This document shows positions 7,821-17,928 of a stretch of DNA of 64,000 nucleotides, piece after piece. Each line of letters opens with the position of its first letter. Within the stretch, counting starts at the first letter, position 1. The DNA lies in contig CAWHAE010000020.1 in NCBI GenBank assembly GCA_963827235.1, positions 64,001-128,000 of the forward strand, given 5' to 3'. Made by a program: the position numbers and the translations under genes. The stretch is from an uncultured bacterium (GTDB taxonomy: Bacteria > Chloroflexota > UBA5177 > JANWHV01). The notes below the pieces were generated by a model. The model saw only the letters and a program-made list of their open reading frames with translations. It made no database searches and had not been told where the DNA came from.

Positions 7821-10241
7821 ATGCGCTCGTACGGCTACTTCGACGACGACGCACGCGAATACGTGGTGACGACTCCAGCGACGCCGATCAAGTGGAGCAA
7901 CTATGTCGGCACGCTCCGATTCGGCGGCGTAGTCGACACGACCGGCGGCAGCCTGATCTGCAAGGGCGATCCGGCGCTCAACCGCATCACGAAGTACCTG
8001 GCGTGGCTTCCCGCCTCCGATTTCAAGGGCTCTACCATCTACATCCGCATAGCGCGCGCGGACGCGCCATTCGCCCTGTTCAGCCCCTTCGTCACCCCGA
8101 CGCTCGGTCGCCCCGACCGGTGGGAGTGCCACGTTGGGCTGTCCTACATGCGGTGGCTGGTGGAATTCTATGACCTGCGAGTCCAGATCACGATCTTTGT
8201 CCCGGCCGGATCGTCCACCCTTCTTCAGGACATACGAGTTACCAATATCGGCTCGGACCCGCTTGCAGTCGATGTCTGCCCGGTGTACGAGTTCAGCCAC
8301 TTCGACGCGTTGAAGCAGCTCACGAACGCGGACTGGGTGCCGCAGACCATGACACTGAGGGCCCATCGCGAGCCCACCGGTCATCTCGTCCTGGAGCAAT
8401 ATGCCTTCATGCGCCGGGATGTCTGCGTCAACTACGTGACCGCGGACGGGCCGGTTGCTTCCTTCGAAGGAGACCGCCGGATATTCCTGGGCGACAGTGA
8501 GATGGGCTCCTGGGCGCACCCGCTCTCCCTGGACGCACCGTCACTCTCGAATTCGGAGTGCGTGCGCGGCAACAACGTGGCGGCACTGCTGATCCCTGCC
8601 GGGCCGCTGGCCCCTGGAGCCACGTTTCGCACCTGTACGCAGCTTGGCCAGGACCGCGACCTGAATGCCGCGAGGACCGAGATCGCCCGCTTCCGGGATC
8701 TCGAGAACGTCGACGCGGCGCTTCGAGACCTGGCGTCGTTCTGGGAACGCTATCTGCAAACGCTGCAGGTGCGAACGCCGGACGCCGCGTTCAACACGAT
8801 GCTCAACGTGCACAACCCGCGCCAGTGCCACACGACGAAGAACTGGTCGCGCTATCTCTCGCTGCACCAGCTGGGCTATGGCTCGGACCGCGGCATCGGC
8901 TTCCGTGATACTGCGCAGGATCTGCTGGGCGTGATGAGCCACATGCCGGAGGAGGCGATCGAGCTTGCGCTGGATCTGTTGTCCGTGCAGCGGCGCGACG
9001 GCTCCGCCATGCACCAGTACGCTCCATCCACCATGGTCGCTACGATGGGCGAGGCGCCAAAGGACGATCCACGGCTCGGCTACTACGGTGACGATCATCT
9101 CTGGATAGTGCTGACTGTGGCCGCATATCTCCGGGAAACGGGCAACGTCGCCGTGCTCGACAAGGTCGTTCCCTTCTACGAGAAGCACGAACGCAGCGGG
9201 CTGCCGCTGGAGTCGGGCACAGTATGGGAGCATCTCTGTCGCGCCCTGCGCTTCACCTGGGGCGATCGCGGCCGGCATGGACTTCCCCACGCCGGCTACG
9301 CGGACTGGAACGACACCGTGAACCTCCCGGCGGGCTCTGAGTCGCTCTTCAACGCCAATCTTTTCGGCGCTGCCCTGCGCGCGGCGCGCGAGGTGGCCGC
9401 CGCTTCCGGCTACCAGGCGGAGATCGAGGAGTTTCGCCGCTACTATGACGTGATGATGCAGGCCGTCAACGCCGTGGCGTGGGACGGCGCCTGGTGGATC
9501 CGCTATTTCGACCAGGCTGGTGATCCGCTCGGCTCGCACGCGAACCGGTACGGCAAGCTCTTCACGAACGGCCAATCGTGGCCCATCATCTCCGGCTTCG
9601 CCGGCGGCCGACGCGCACTGCAGGCCATGGACAGCGTCTACGAGATCATGAATACGCGCCACGGCATAAAGCTCTCATGGCCGAGTTATCGCGGCTACGA
9701 CGCGCAGCTTGGCGGCGTTACGACCTATCCGCCCGGCGCAAAAGAGAATGGCGGCATCTTTCTGCACGCCAATCCCTGGGCCATGATCGCTGAGTGCTTG
9801 CTCGGCCGCGGCGACCGGGCCTACCAGTATTATCGCCAGATCAATCCGGCTGCCAAGAACGACAGCCTGGATGAGTACGAGTCCGAGCCGTATTGCTATC
9901 CCCAGAACATACTCGGCGACGAGCATCCTCAGTTTGGGCTGGCACGAAACGCCTGGCTCTCCGGCACCAGCGCCTGGTGCTACGTGGCTGCCACGCAGTG
10001 GATCCTGGGCATCCGGCCCACACTTGGCGGGCTGATCGTCGACCCATGTCTCCCCGCTGCATGGGACGGCTTCGATGTGGTGCGCCGGTGGCGGGGTGCC
10101 ACCTACCGGATCGCCGTCAGGAATCCCCATCACGTGTGCAAGGGCGTGCAGTCTCTGCGCGTCGACGGCGACGTCTTTGACGGTAACCTGGTACCGATCC
10201 AGGGTCCCGGCAACCATCTCGTAGAGGTTACGATGGGCTGA
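7821..10241 (+). CDS. Glycoside hydrolase family 94 phosphorylase (cellobiose/cellodextrin/chitobiose phosphorylase type)
   Basis: MRSYGYFDDDAREYV start, RGIGFRDTAQD, catalytic ADWNDTVNL, KENGGIFLHANPW; GGGGAGG RBS. Confidence 0.92.
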   Translation: MRSYGYFDDDAREYVVTTPATPIKWSNYVGTLRFGGVVDTTGGSLICKGDPALNRITKYLAWLPASDFKGSTIYIRIARADAPFALFSPFVTPTLGRPDRWECHVGLSYMRWLVEFYDLRVQITIFVPAGSSTLLQDIRVTNIGSDPLAVDVCPVYEFSHFDALKQLTNADWVPQTMTLRAHREPTGHLVLEQYAFMRRDVCVNYVTADGPVASFEGDRRIFLGDSEMGSWAHPLSLDAPSLSNSECVRGNNVAALLIPAGPLAPGATFRTCTQLGQDRDLNAARTEIARFRDLENVDAALRDLASFWERYLQTLQVRTPDAAFNTMLNVHNPRQCHTTKNWSRYLSLHQLGYGSDRGIGFRDTAQDLLGVMSHMPEEAIELALDLLSVQRRDGSAMHQYAPSTMVATMGEAPKDDPRLGYYGDDHLWIVLTVAAYLRETGNVAVLDKVVPFYEKHERSGLPLESGTVWEHLCRALRFTWGDRGRHGLPHAGYADWNDTVNLPAGSESLFNANLFGAALRAAREVAAASGYQAEIEEFRRYYDVMMQAVNAVAWDGAWWIRYFDQAGDPLGSHANRYGKLFTNGQSWPIISGFAGGRRALQAMDSVYEIMNTRHGIKLSWPSYRGYDAQLGGVTTYPPGAKENGGIFLHANPWAMIAECLLGRGDRAYQYYRQINPAAKNDSLDEYESEPYCYPQNILGDEHPQFGLARNAWLSGTSAWCYVAATQWILGIRPTLGGLIVDPCLPAAWDGFDVVRRWRGATYRIAVRNPHHVCKGVQSLRVDGDVFDGNLVPIQGPGNHLVEVTMG

Positions 10242-10384
10242 GACCGTACGGTGGAACGCGGCGGTGGGGTACACTGGCTGGGGCGACCCGCCGTCGTGGC
10301 TCGCCCGGCGCGACTTGGTCGGACGCCGGTGAGGCAGCCCGCCGGCGACTCGGCAGGCAGTTCTGTGGAGGGATAAGGCGAGTA

Positions 10385-11755
10385 TTGGCAGGCTCACTGA
10401 TCGTTGGCTTAGGTCGCGAAGGTCTGGCTCTGACCCGCTTTTTGCGCGATTCGGGTACGGATGTCACCGTGTGCGATGGCCGATCCGCTGCCGATCTTGG
10501 CCGGGCTGCCGACGAGGCGCTTGCTCTGGGCGCCACGCTTGTGACCGGCAACGATTGCCCGGATCTGAGTCCCTTTGACGTCGCCTATGTCAACCCGGCC
10601 GTGCCCAAGGACGCCCCGGTCGTCCAGGCAGCTCTGGCGCGCGGTATCCGCGTGTCGGCCCTCACGGATGTGTTCTTCGACATCTGCCCGGCGCCCATCG
10701 TGGGTATCACGGGCAGCAGCGGCAAGACCACGACCACGACCATGCTCGGCCTCATGTTGGAAGCGGCGGGGTTTATGGCGCACGTGGGCGGCAACATCGG
10801 CCGGCCGCTGCTCAATGAAGCCGGCGGCATGCGGGCCGACGATTGGGTCGTGTTGGAAATGAGCAGCTTCCAGCTCGAGTGGCTGGCTGCAAGCCCTCGA
10901 ATCGCCGTGGTAACGAACGTCACTCCTAATCACCTCGACAGGCATAGGACGATGGAGGAGTACGTCGCCGCCAAGCTGCACATCGTGCAGTATCAGCGGG
11001 GGGACGACCTGGCGGTGCTGAACGCGCAGGACCGGTATGCTCCACGTTTCGCCAGGGCGGCCGGTGGACGCGTGCTATACTTCAGCCTGGAGTCCGCACC
11101 GTCCGATGGCGCGGTCCTGGAGGGTGAGATGCTCTGTATCCGCCGTGGCGGGATCAGCGTACCGGTGTGTAGCCGCCACGAGATGCGTGTGCCCGGTCTC
11201 CATAATGTGGCCAATGCGCTGGCCGCGATTGCGGCAGCCGACGAAGTCGGCGCGGGCGTCGACGCCATGCGTGACGTGCTCGGCAGGTTTGCCGGCGTGC
11301 CGCATCGGCTGGAGTTTGTGCGTACGCTGCGTGGCGTGCGGTACTACAACGACTCGATCGCTACGACGCCGGACCGTGCACAGGCCGCTCTCGATGCAGT
11401 CGACGGGCCGCTGGTCCTGATCCTGGGCGGCCATGATAAGGATTTGCCCTGGTTGGCCTTCTGCCGCGGCGCTGCCGCGCGCTGCCGCGCGGTGCTACTG
11501 ATCGGTGAGGCGCAGGACCTGATCGGCCGGCACTTCCGGGAAGTGCTGGGCGACGGGCAGAGCCACGTTCTCGACGCGGAGAACGTGCGCCCGTGTGGCG
11601 ACCTCGAGAAGGCCGTGCAGGCAGCCTGGACCATGGCGCAAGCCGGCGATGCCGTGCTTCTTTCGCCCGGCTGTGCCAGCTATGACCAGTATGCGAACTA
11701 CGAGGTGCGAGGCGCGCGCTTCCGAGAGCTCGTGGGGTCGTTAGGTGGCGACTAA
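10385..11755 (+). CDS. murD: UDP-N-acetylmuramoyl-L-alanine--D-glutamate ligase
   Basis: GITGSSGKTTTT P-loop, GGNIG, LEMSSFQL, NHLDRH, YNDSIAT, LLSPGCASYDQY. Confidence 0.96.
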   Translation: MAGSLIVGLGREGLALTRFLRDSGTDVTVCDGRSAADLGRAADEALALGATLVTGNDCPDLSPFDVAYVNPAVPKDAPVVQAALARGIRVSALTDVFFDICPAPIVGITGSSGKTTTTTMLGLMLEAAGFMAHVGGNIGRPLLNEAGGMRADDWVVLEMSSFQLEWLAASPRIAVVTNVTPNHLDRHRTMEEYVAAKLHIVQYQRGDDLAVLNAQDRYAPRFARAAGGRVLYFSLESAPSDGAVLEGEMLCIRRGGISVPVCSRHEMRVPGLHNVANALAAIAAADEVGAGVDAMRDVLGRFAGVPHRLEFVRTLRGVRYYNDSIATTPDRAQAALDAVDGPLVLILGGHDKDLPWLAFCRGAAARCRAVLLIGEAQDLIGRHFREVLGDGQSHVLDAENVRPCGDLEKAVQAAWTMAQAGDAVLLSPGCASYDQYANYEVRGARFRELVGSLGGD

Positions 11756-13445
11756 CAGGAGACAGGCCGGCGCAGTGGCGCCCCACGCGCGCCGGCAGGA
11801 GCCTGACGCGAGCCACGACCCTGATAGCGGCAGTCGCCGGGTAGGGTACTCGGCACGCGTCCCCGGCACCTACGCTTCGCGCCAGGTGCGCCCCACCGCG
11901 GCGCCTCCACCCCACCGGCATGGGCAAGCCTTGCACGTGCTGTCCGTGCTGCTGCTTCCTCTGCGTCTGCTCGGCGCGTGGTTGAGTAGACTTGCCGGAA
12001 GGCTGTGGACGAGTCTTCGCCCGGCCGTGCAGGAGGATGTGGAAGAAGAGGCGGCACGCCAAGGCCAGTCGGCAGGTCGTGCGCAGTCAGCTCGCACCTC
12101 GGCGGGCGAGATGATCATGGCTACCCGGATGGTGCCCGGCGCGGCGACGGCTGAGATTGCTCCGGATGCGGACGATGGTGCGGAGGATCAGTCTGCGGCC
12201 TCTGCCGCAGTGCTGTCGATGCAGGTGGACCTGCGGCTGCTGGCCACCGTGATCTGCCTGCTCGTACTGGGTACGGTCTTCGTCTATAGCGCGAGCATGT
12301 ACCAGGATTATCAGGTCAACGGCGACGTCAACTACTACATGAAGAAACAGCTCATCTCCGTCACGCTGGGCCTGATCGCGATGTATATCGGTGCGCGGGT
12401 GAATTACCTGTCGATTCGCCGCTGGACCATGCCCTTCCTGATCATCACCGCGGTGGCGCTGCTTGCCGTTCACGTGCCGGGCATCGGGCATTCATCCGGC
12501 GGCGCCTCGCGGTGGCTCTACTTCAAAGGCCAGTCGTTGCAGCCGAGTGAGCTGGGTAAGCTCGCGTTGACCATATACGCTGCTACGTGGCTCGCCGGCA
12601 AGCCCGAAGAGGTCAGGGAGTCGATTACCGGTCTGCTGGCGTTTCTTCTCGTGCTCGGATTCACGACCCTGCTCATCTTCCAACAGCCGGATCTGGGTAC
12701 GGCGGCCGTGGTAAGCGGGGCTATGGTGATCATGTTCTTCGTGTCAGGCGCCAAGCTGCGTCACCTGGTCGTGCTGGCGGCCCTGTTCCTTCCGGTAGGC
12801 TACTTCGTTACCCACAAGGGTAACTACTGGAGCGCACGCATCCAGGCCTGGCGTCACCCCTGGGACGACCAGCTCGGACTGGGCTACCAGATCTCGCGCG
12901 CTCTGCTCGCCTTCTGGCACGGAGGGCTTACCGGTGTCGGTCTCGGCAACGGCCAGATGAAGGACTATATCCCGGCGGCGAACTCCGATTCCATCTTCGC
13001 TACCATCGGCGAGGAGACCGGGCTCATCGGGTGCCTGGTAGTGGTAGGGCTGTTCGCCTTCTTCGCCTATCGCGGCATTCGCGTGAGCTTGCTGACCTCT
13101 GAGCCTTTCGGGAAGCTTCTCGCCGCGGGTATCACCAGTTACCTGGTGGTCCAGGCGCTGCTGAACATGATGTCGGTGACAAACACGATTCCATTCACCG
13201 GCGTGCCGCTGCCGTTTATCAGCTACGGCGGGAACTCGCTGGTGGTAAACTTACTCGCCGTTGGCATACTGCTCAACGTATCGCGCCATATTGAGCCCAT
13301 ACCGGAGGAGCGCAGTGACCTTACGGGTACTTATTTCTGGTGGGGGAACAGGCGGGCACATCTACCCGCTGCTCACCATCGCCAAGTCCCTGTCCAGGGA
13401 GCGCGTGGCGGTTGGCGCGAGCGGAACCTCACCAGGAACCATTGA
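11745..13445 (+). CDS. ftsW: SEDS-family peptidoglycan polymerase FtsW (long N-terminal extension; true start may be ~12111)
   Basis: GASRWL, QPSELGK, QPDLGTA, SDSIFATIGEE, TGVPLPFISYGG; position between murD and murG. Confidence 0.92.
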   Translation: MATNRRQAGAVAPHARRQEPDASHDPDSGSRRVGYSARVPGTYASRQVRPTAAPPPHRHGQALHVLSVLLLPLRLLGAWLSRLAGRLWTSLRPAVQEDVEEEAARQGQSAGRAQSARTSAGEMIMATRMVPGAATAEIAPDADDGAEDQSAASAAVLSMQVDLRLLATVICLLVLGTVFVYSASMYQDYQVNGDVNYYMKKQLISVTLGLIAMYIGARVNYLSIRRWTMPFLIITAVALLAVHVPGIGHSSGGASRWLYFKGQSLQPSELGKLALTIYAATWLAGKPEEVRESITGLLAFLLVLGFTTLLIFQQPDLGTAAVVSGAMVIMFFVSGAKLRHLVVLAALFLPVGYFVTHKGNYWSARIQAWRHPWDDQLGLGYQISRALLAFWHGGLTGVGLGNGQMKDYIPAANSDSIFATIGEETGLIGCLVVVGLFAFFAYRGIRVSLLTSEPFGKLLAAGITSYLVVQALLNMMSVTNTIPFTGVPLPFISYGGNSLVVNLLAVGILLNVSRHIEPIPEERSDLTGTYFWWGNRRAHLPAAHHRQVPVQGARGGWRERNLTRNH

Positions 13446-14451
13446 GTTCCTCTATGTCGGCGGGCCTCGTCCTATCGATCGCCGCCTTGTCGAGGAGGCC
13501 GGTCTGCCGTTCGAGCGGATCGAGGCTGGCGGGCTGCGCGGCATGGGCATTAAGGCCGTTCCGAACGCCTTCCGCTTGGCGGGAGGATTCGCGCAGGCGC
13601 TGAACGTGGTAGGGCGATTCCGCCCCAATGTTGCGCTGGTGTCTGGAGGATACGTGTGCGCGCCGGTGGTGGCCGCCAGCTTGGCCTTGCGCGTGCCGCT
13701 CGTCGTGCTGGCCGTGGAGATAGACCAGGGCTGGGTCAATCTCGCCGCCGCCCGGGTGGCGACGGCGGTGGCGGCGGCATTCGAGCCTGCCCTGCCCAAT
13801 CTGCCTGCCGGGCGAACCACCCTCACCGGTTACCCGGTAAGGCCGGAGTTCCTGCACGCGGATCGTGAGACGGCGCGCGCCGGTCTCTACCTGGATCCGT
13901 CGTTACCGGTGCTGGCCGTGTTCGGCGGCAGCCAGGGCTCGCACAAGATCAACGAGGCGGTCTCGGGCACGCTGCCCGACATCTTGCTGGCAACTCAGGT
14001 GCTGCATGTCTGCGGCGAGGCGGATCTACCCGCGCAGCAGGCGCGCCAGTCTGCGCTGCCGCAGGTGTTGCGAAGCAGGTACCGGTTGTTCAGCTATCTG
14101 CCGGCGTCGGAGATGGCCGGCGTAATGGCGGCGGCAAGCCTGGTCGTCTGCCGTGCGGGCGCGGCGCCGCTTGCCGAGCTGCCGCTTGCTGGAGTGCCCG
14201 CGATCATGGTCCCCGGCGCATTCTCAAGCCAGATGACCAACGCGCGCTACCTGGAAGAGCAGGGCGCTGCCGTGGTGTTGCTCGACTCCGCGCTCGCCGC
14301 CGAATCTCTTCGCGAGCGCGTGCTTGCGCTGCTGCGCGACCACCCGCGCCTGGAGGCCATGGCCGACAAGATGCGATCGCTGGCGCGGCCCGACGCCGCG
14401 GAGGCGATCTCGGCGATGGTCCGCCGCGTGGCAGGGGTAGGCCGGCTATGA
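13315..14451 (+). CDS. murG: Undecaprenyl-PP-MurNAc-pentapeptide GlcNAc transferase
   Basis: GGGTGGHIYP, GGYV, GYPVR, FGGSQG, RAGA; GTG 13315 with GGAGGAG RBS. Confidence 0.95.
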   Translation: MTLRVLISGGGTGGHIYPLLTIAKSLSRERVAVGASGTSPGTIEFLYVGGPRPIDRRLVEEAGLPFERIEAGGLRGMGIKAVPNAFRLAGGFAQALNVVGRFRPNVALVSGGYVCAPVVAASLALRVPLVVLAVEIDQGWVNLAAARVATAVAAAFEPALPNLPAGRTTLTGYPVRPEFLHADRETARAGLYLDPSLPVLAVFGGSQGSHKINEAVSGTLPDILLATQVLHVCGEADLPAQQARQSALPQVLRSRYRLFSYLPASEMAGVMAAASLVVCRAGAAPLAELPLAGVPAIMVPGAFSSQMTNARYLEEQGAAVVLLDSALAAESLRERVLALLRDHPRLEAMADKMRSLARPDAAEAISAMVRRVAGVGRL

Positions 14452-14473
14452 TTCGAGACATGAGGCCGCGCGG

Positions 14474-15905
14474 ATGACTTCGGACCAGGCGTTGGCCCAC
14501 CTGCGGGCGTTGCGGTCGGGCTCACGGGTGCACATGGTCGGCGTGGCCGGGGCGGGCATGAACGCGCTGGCAGCGGTGTTGCTGGCGCGCCGGTACGCAG
14601 TGAGCGGCTCGGATCAGCAGCGCACGGCCCAGGTCGACCGGCTGCAGGCTCAGGGATTGGTATTTCACCAGGGACACAGCGCGGCTCAGGTTGCCGGCGC
14701 GGACCTCGTCGTGATCTCCGCCGCGGTGCGGGATACCAACGTGGAGGTCGCGGCCGCTCGCTCCGCCGGCATCCCGGTCGTGAAGCGCGCGGCGGCACTC
14801 GGCTGGCTGCTCGAGCCCCTGCGCAGCATCGCGGTGGCAGGCACGCACGGGAAAACCACGACCTCCGCGATGGCAGCGTTCATCCTCACTCGTGCCGATC
14901 TCGATCCATCCTACGTGGTGGGCAGTGAGGTGCTGGATCTCGGGGCGAGCGCGGCTTTTGGCGGCGGTGACTGGGCCGTGGTAGAAGCCGACGAATACGA
15001 CCGCAGCTTCCTCACGCTCAACCCCATGGTGGCCGTGATTACCAACGTGGAACCGGATCACCTGGAGTACTACGGCAGCGTAGAGGCCATGCACCAGGCA
15101 TATGACCAGTTCGTGGCGCGTATCGTCGCTGGCGGTACCCTTGTGATCAACTGCGCGGACGCCCATCTCTCCCGCTTGGCAGTGCCGCGAGGGTTGGCCT
15201 TGGTGACCTGTGCGCCTTCGCCATGCGCCGCCGAGTGGCAGGCCGATGCCATCGAGGAGGGGGCGGGTGGCACCAGCTTCGTGCTTCGCTGTCCTGCTGG
15301 CAAGATCGCTGGTACGCTGCTGGTCCCCGGGAGCCACAACGTGCTGAACGCCGTGCAGGCCGTCGCGGCATGCGCGAGAGCCGGCGTCGATCCTCTCCGC
15401 GCACTGGCCTCTCTGGCAGACTTTCACGGGACGAGCCGGCGGTTCCAGTACGTAGGCGAGGCCGGCGGCGTGGCCGTCTATGACGACTACGCGCACCATC
15501 CCACCGAGATACGTGCCACACTGGCCGCGGCTCGCGCGCGTTTCGCGGGCCAGCCTGTCCTGGTCGTGTTCCAGCCGCACACCTACTCTCGCACCAAACT
15601 GCTGTTCGACGATTTCGTGGCTGCGTTCGACCTGCGCCGATCGCCTGGTCCTGACCCAGATCTATGCCTCTCGAGAGACCGACACGCTGGGCATCACGGC
15701 CGCCATGCTTGCCGAGGCGCTCGAGAACCGGCTAGGGCGGGGCCGTGTCCGGCTGGCCGGATCCCTGGATGACGTGCCCTCCATTGTGGCCGCGGAGGCC
15801 GAGTCAGGCGACGTGGTGCTCACCCTCGGCGCGGGCAGCATCACGGAGGCCGGTCCGAGGATCGTCGAGACCCTTCGCTCCCGCGCCGGCGGAGATCGCC
15901 CGTGA
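14474..15905 (+). CDS. murC: UDP-N-acetylmuramate--L-alanine ligase, interrupted by a one-base frameshift near 15632-15635
   Basis: GVAGAGM, AGTHGKTTTS, EADEYDRSFL, DDYAHHPTEI, FQPHTYSRT in the 14474 frame; C-terminal IYASRE and GDVVLTLGAGSI continue in the frame ending at 15905. Confidence 0.9.
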
Positions 15906-16861
15906 CTGTCGAGCACGGTCTCGGAAGTCGCCGGCTGCCGGCCGGTCTTGCCGGAGAGCTTCGACATCTCCCAGGGATCGGCGATGTGGCCGAGTACGCG
16001 CGTCTCGCGCCGCATACAACCTGGCGCGTGGGTGGCGCAGCCGATCTGCTCTGCGTGGCGACAAGCGTGGATGGGCTGGCCGGCGCGCTGCGACTGGCCG
16101 AGTCACATGGCGTACCGTGGCGAGTGCTTGGCCGCGGATCGAACGTTCTGGTCAGCGACCTCGGTGTCGCCGGACTGGTCGTACTGAACCGCGCGTCATC
16201 CATGTCCGTAGACGCGGAGCGCGTGCACGCCGACTCCGGGCTGCTGCTGAGCGCGCTGGCCAATCGGGCGCTGAGGTCCGCGCTGGCAGGCATGGAGTGG
16301 AGTGCCGGCATACCGGGAACCGTGGGTGGCGCCGTGGTGAGCAACGCGGGCGCGCACGGCTCCTGTATGGCCGATCGGCTGCTCAAGATCGAGACCTCCT
16401 TCGCCGGGGCCGAGTCGCGCTGGATGACCGTGCAAGACTTGCGGATGGCGTACCGGCACAGCAGGCTTCGCGAGGGGGACGGTGAGAACGAGGTCGTGCT
16501 GCGCGCGGTGTTCCAACTATGGCTGGACGACGCGGGCGCCATTCGCGCGCGGATGGAAGAGTTCAAGCGCCAGCGCCAGGCCTCGCAGCCGCTTGCCAGC
16601 GCCAGCGCCGGGTCGGTGTTCAAGAACCCGGCGGGGGAGAGTGCCGCCCGGCTGATTGATCAGGCTGGGTTGAAGGGCATGTGCATAGGCGGGGCCACGG
16701 TATCTCAGCGTCATGCTAACTTTGTGGTGACCGGCGCCGGAGCCACCGCTGCGGACGTCGCTAAGCTCATCGAGACGGTTCGCCGACGCGTGCGGGAGCG
16801 GTTCGGCGTCGAGCTCGTGTTGGAGGTACAGCCGATTGGCCGCGAAGCGGCAAGCGCCTAG
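15902..16861 (+). CDS. murB: UDP-N-acetylenolpyruvoylglucosamine reductase
   Basis: HTTWRVGGAAD, GRGSNVL, GIPGTVGGAVVSNAGAHG, SAGSVFKNP, HANF. Confidence 0.96.
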   Translation: MTVEHGLGSRRLPAGLAGELRHLPGIGDVAEYARLAPHTTWRVGGAADLLCVATSVDGLAGALRLAESHGVPWRVLGRGSNVLVSDLGVAGLVVLNRASSMSVDAERVHADSGLLLSALANRALRSALAGMEWSAGIPGTVGGAVVSNAGAHGSCMADRLLKIETSFAGAESRWMTVQDLRMAYRHSRLREGDGENEVVLRAVFQLWLDDAGAIRARMEEFKRQRQASQPLASASAGSVFKNPAGESAARLIDQAGLKGMCIGGATVSQRHANFVVTGAGATAADVAKLIETVRRRVRERFGVELVLEVQPIGREAASA

Positions 16862-17729
16862 ATCCAGACCGCTGGTCATGGCGCGCCCAGCCGGTAGCGT
16901 GTCGCGCCAGTCGAAGCGCCGCATTTTCCGAACGCACCGCCGGTTCGGCTGGGGCCGCATCCTTCAGCTCCCGCTGCCGTGGATTGGCGCTGTCGTCTGC
17001 AGCATCGTCTTGCTCTACGTGGTGGTGTTCTCGGGCACATTCAAGGTACGGGCCATTGAGGCGCCGCATCTGGCCAAGAAGGATCTTGCTCAGGTGGTCG
17101 ATCGCTGCCAGTGCGTCGACCGCAGCATCTTCGCCCTGCAAACCGCCGACATTAAGCGCCGGCTCGACGGTATTCCGGCCCTGGTCATCGACAAGGTCGT
17201 CGCGAGCCTGCCCAACCACGTCAGCGTATTCGCGCACTACAAGCCTCGTGTGGCGGTTTGGCGGACGCCCGAAGCCGCGTATGCCGTGGCTGCCGACGGC
17301 CAGGTGCTGCAAGTCTGGAAGAAGCCCTTTCCCAAGAGCGGCTGGAAGCGACTTCCTGTCTTCGACGAGGGCTACGACAGCGTGATCAAGAAAGGCCACA
17401 GGCTGCTCGTAGGCGAGCATGTCGCGGTGCAGGCACTGGAGATGGAGCTCAGCCTCCAGAGCCGGACACCCGCGCAGCTCAAGCCGCTTGTGAAGGGGTA
17501 CGCATATAAGCCCTTCACCGGAGGGATAGTGGTTGGCAAGACGAACTGGTGGGCGCTTTTCGGCATGGACAGATCGAACAATCTGAATATCCGCATGGCG
17601 GCGCTGCTCGGCGTGCTGACGCACCAGCCACCCTATCTCTCACCCGGTCAATGCGTCGACCTGCGCCAAGCGGACGTCCAGGGCTCGCCCAACAACAGCT
17701 ATATCCACCCCAACCATAACTGCGGTTGA
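16836..17729 (+). CDS. ftsQ: Cell division protein FtsQ/DivIB-like (divergent)
   Basis: Basic N-tail, single TM helix, POTRA-like segment (FKVRAI...SIF...LPNHVSV), late VDLR motif; position between murB and ftsA; TTG with GGAGG RBS. Confidence 0.7.
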   Translation: MAAKRQAPRSRPLVMARPAGSVSRQSKRRIFRTHRRFGWGRILQLPLPWIGAVVCSIVLLYVVVFSGTFKVRAIEAPHLAKKDLAQVVDRCQCVDRSIFALQTADIKRRLDGIPALVIDKVVASLPNHVSVFAHYKPRVAVWRTPEAAYAVAADGQVLQVWKKPFPKSGWKRLPVFDEGYDSVIKKGHRLLVGEHVAVQALEMELSLQSRTPAQLKPLVKGYAYKPFTGGIVVGKTNWWALFGMDRSNNLNIRMAALLGVLTHQPPYLSPGQCVDLRQADVQGSPNNSYIHPNHNCG

Positions 17730-17928
17730 AGCGTCAGACGGCCTCATATCCGGCCTTCTTCGGCAGGCGATGCCGGTGGCTCGAAGGCATTGGGGCCGCG
17801 TTCCTGAACGCTGCGGAGTCATCAGTTACTCTGATTGGCTGCCCACTTTCTTGCTTTACGGCCTATAGGGTGGGTGGTATCATCGTCAGGGCTCATATAG
17901 TGGAGAATGCCTGCTGGGAGGAGGCCGG

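Noticed and set aside
7608-8519. Apparent 550-aa HAD fusion ORF (6867-8519)
   Set aside because: The upstream part is the antisense of the GH94 gene; HAD motif I begins right after ATG 7607
15625-15645. Programmed ribosomal frameshift in murC
   Set aside because: No slippery heptamer or homopolymer run, and no precedent known to me; an indel error is more parsimonious
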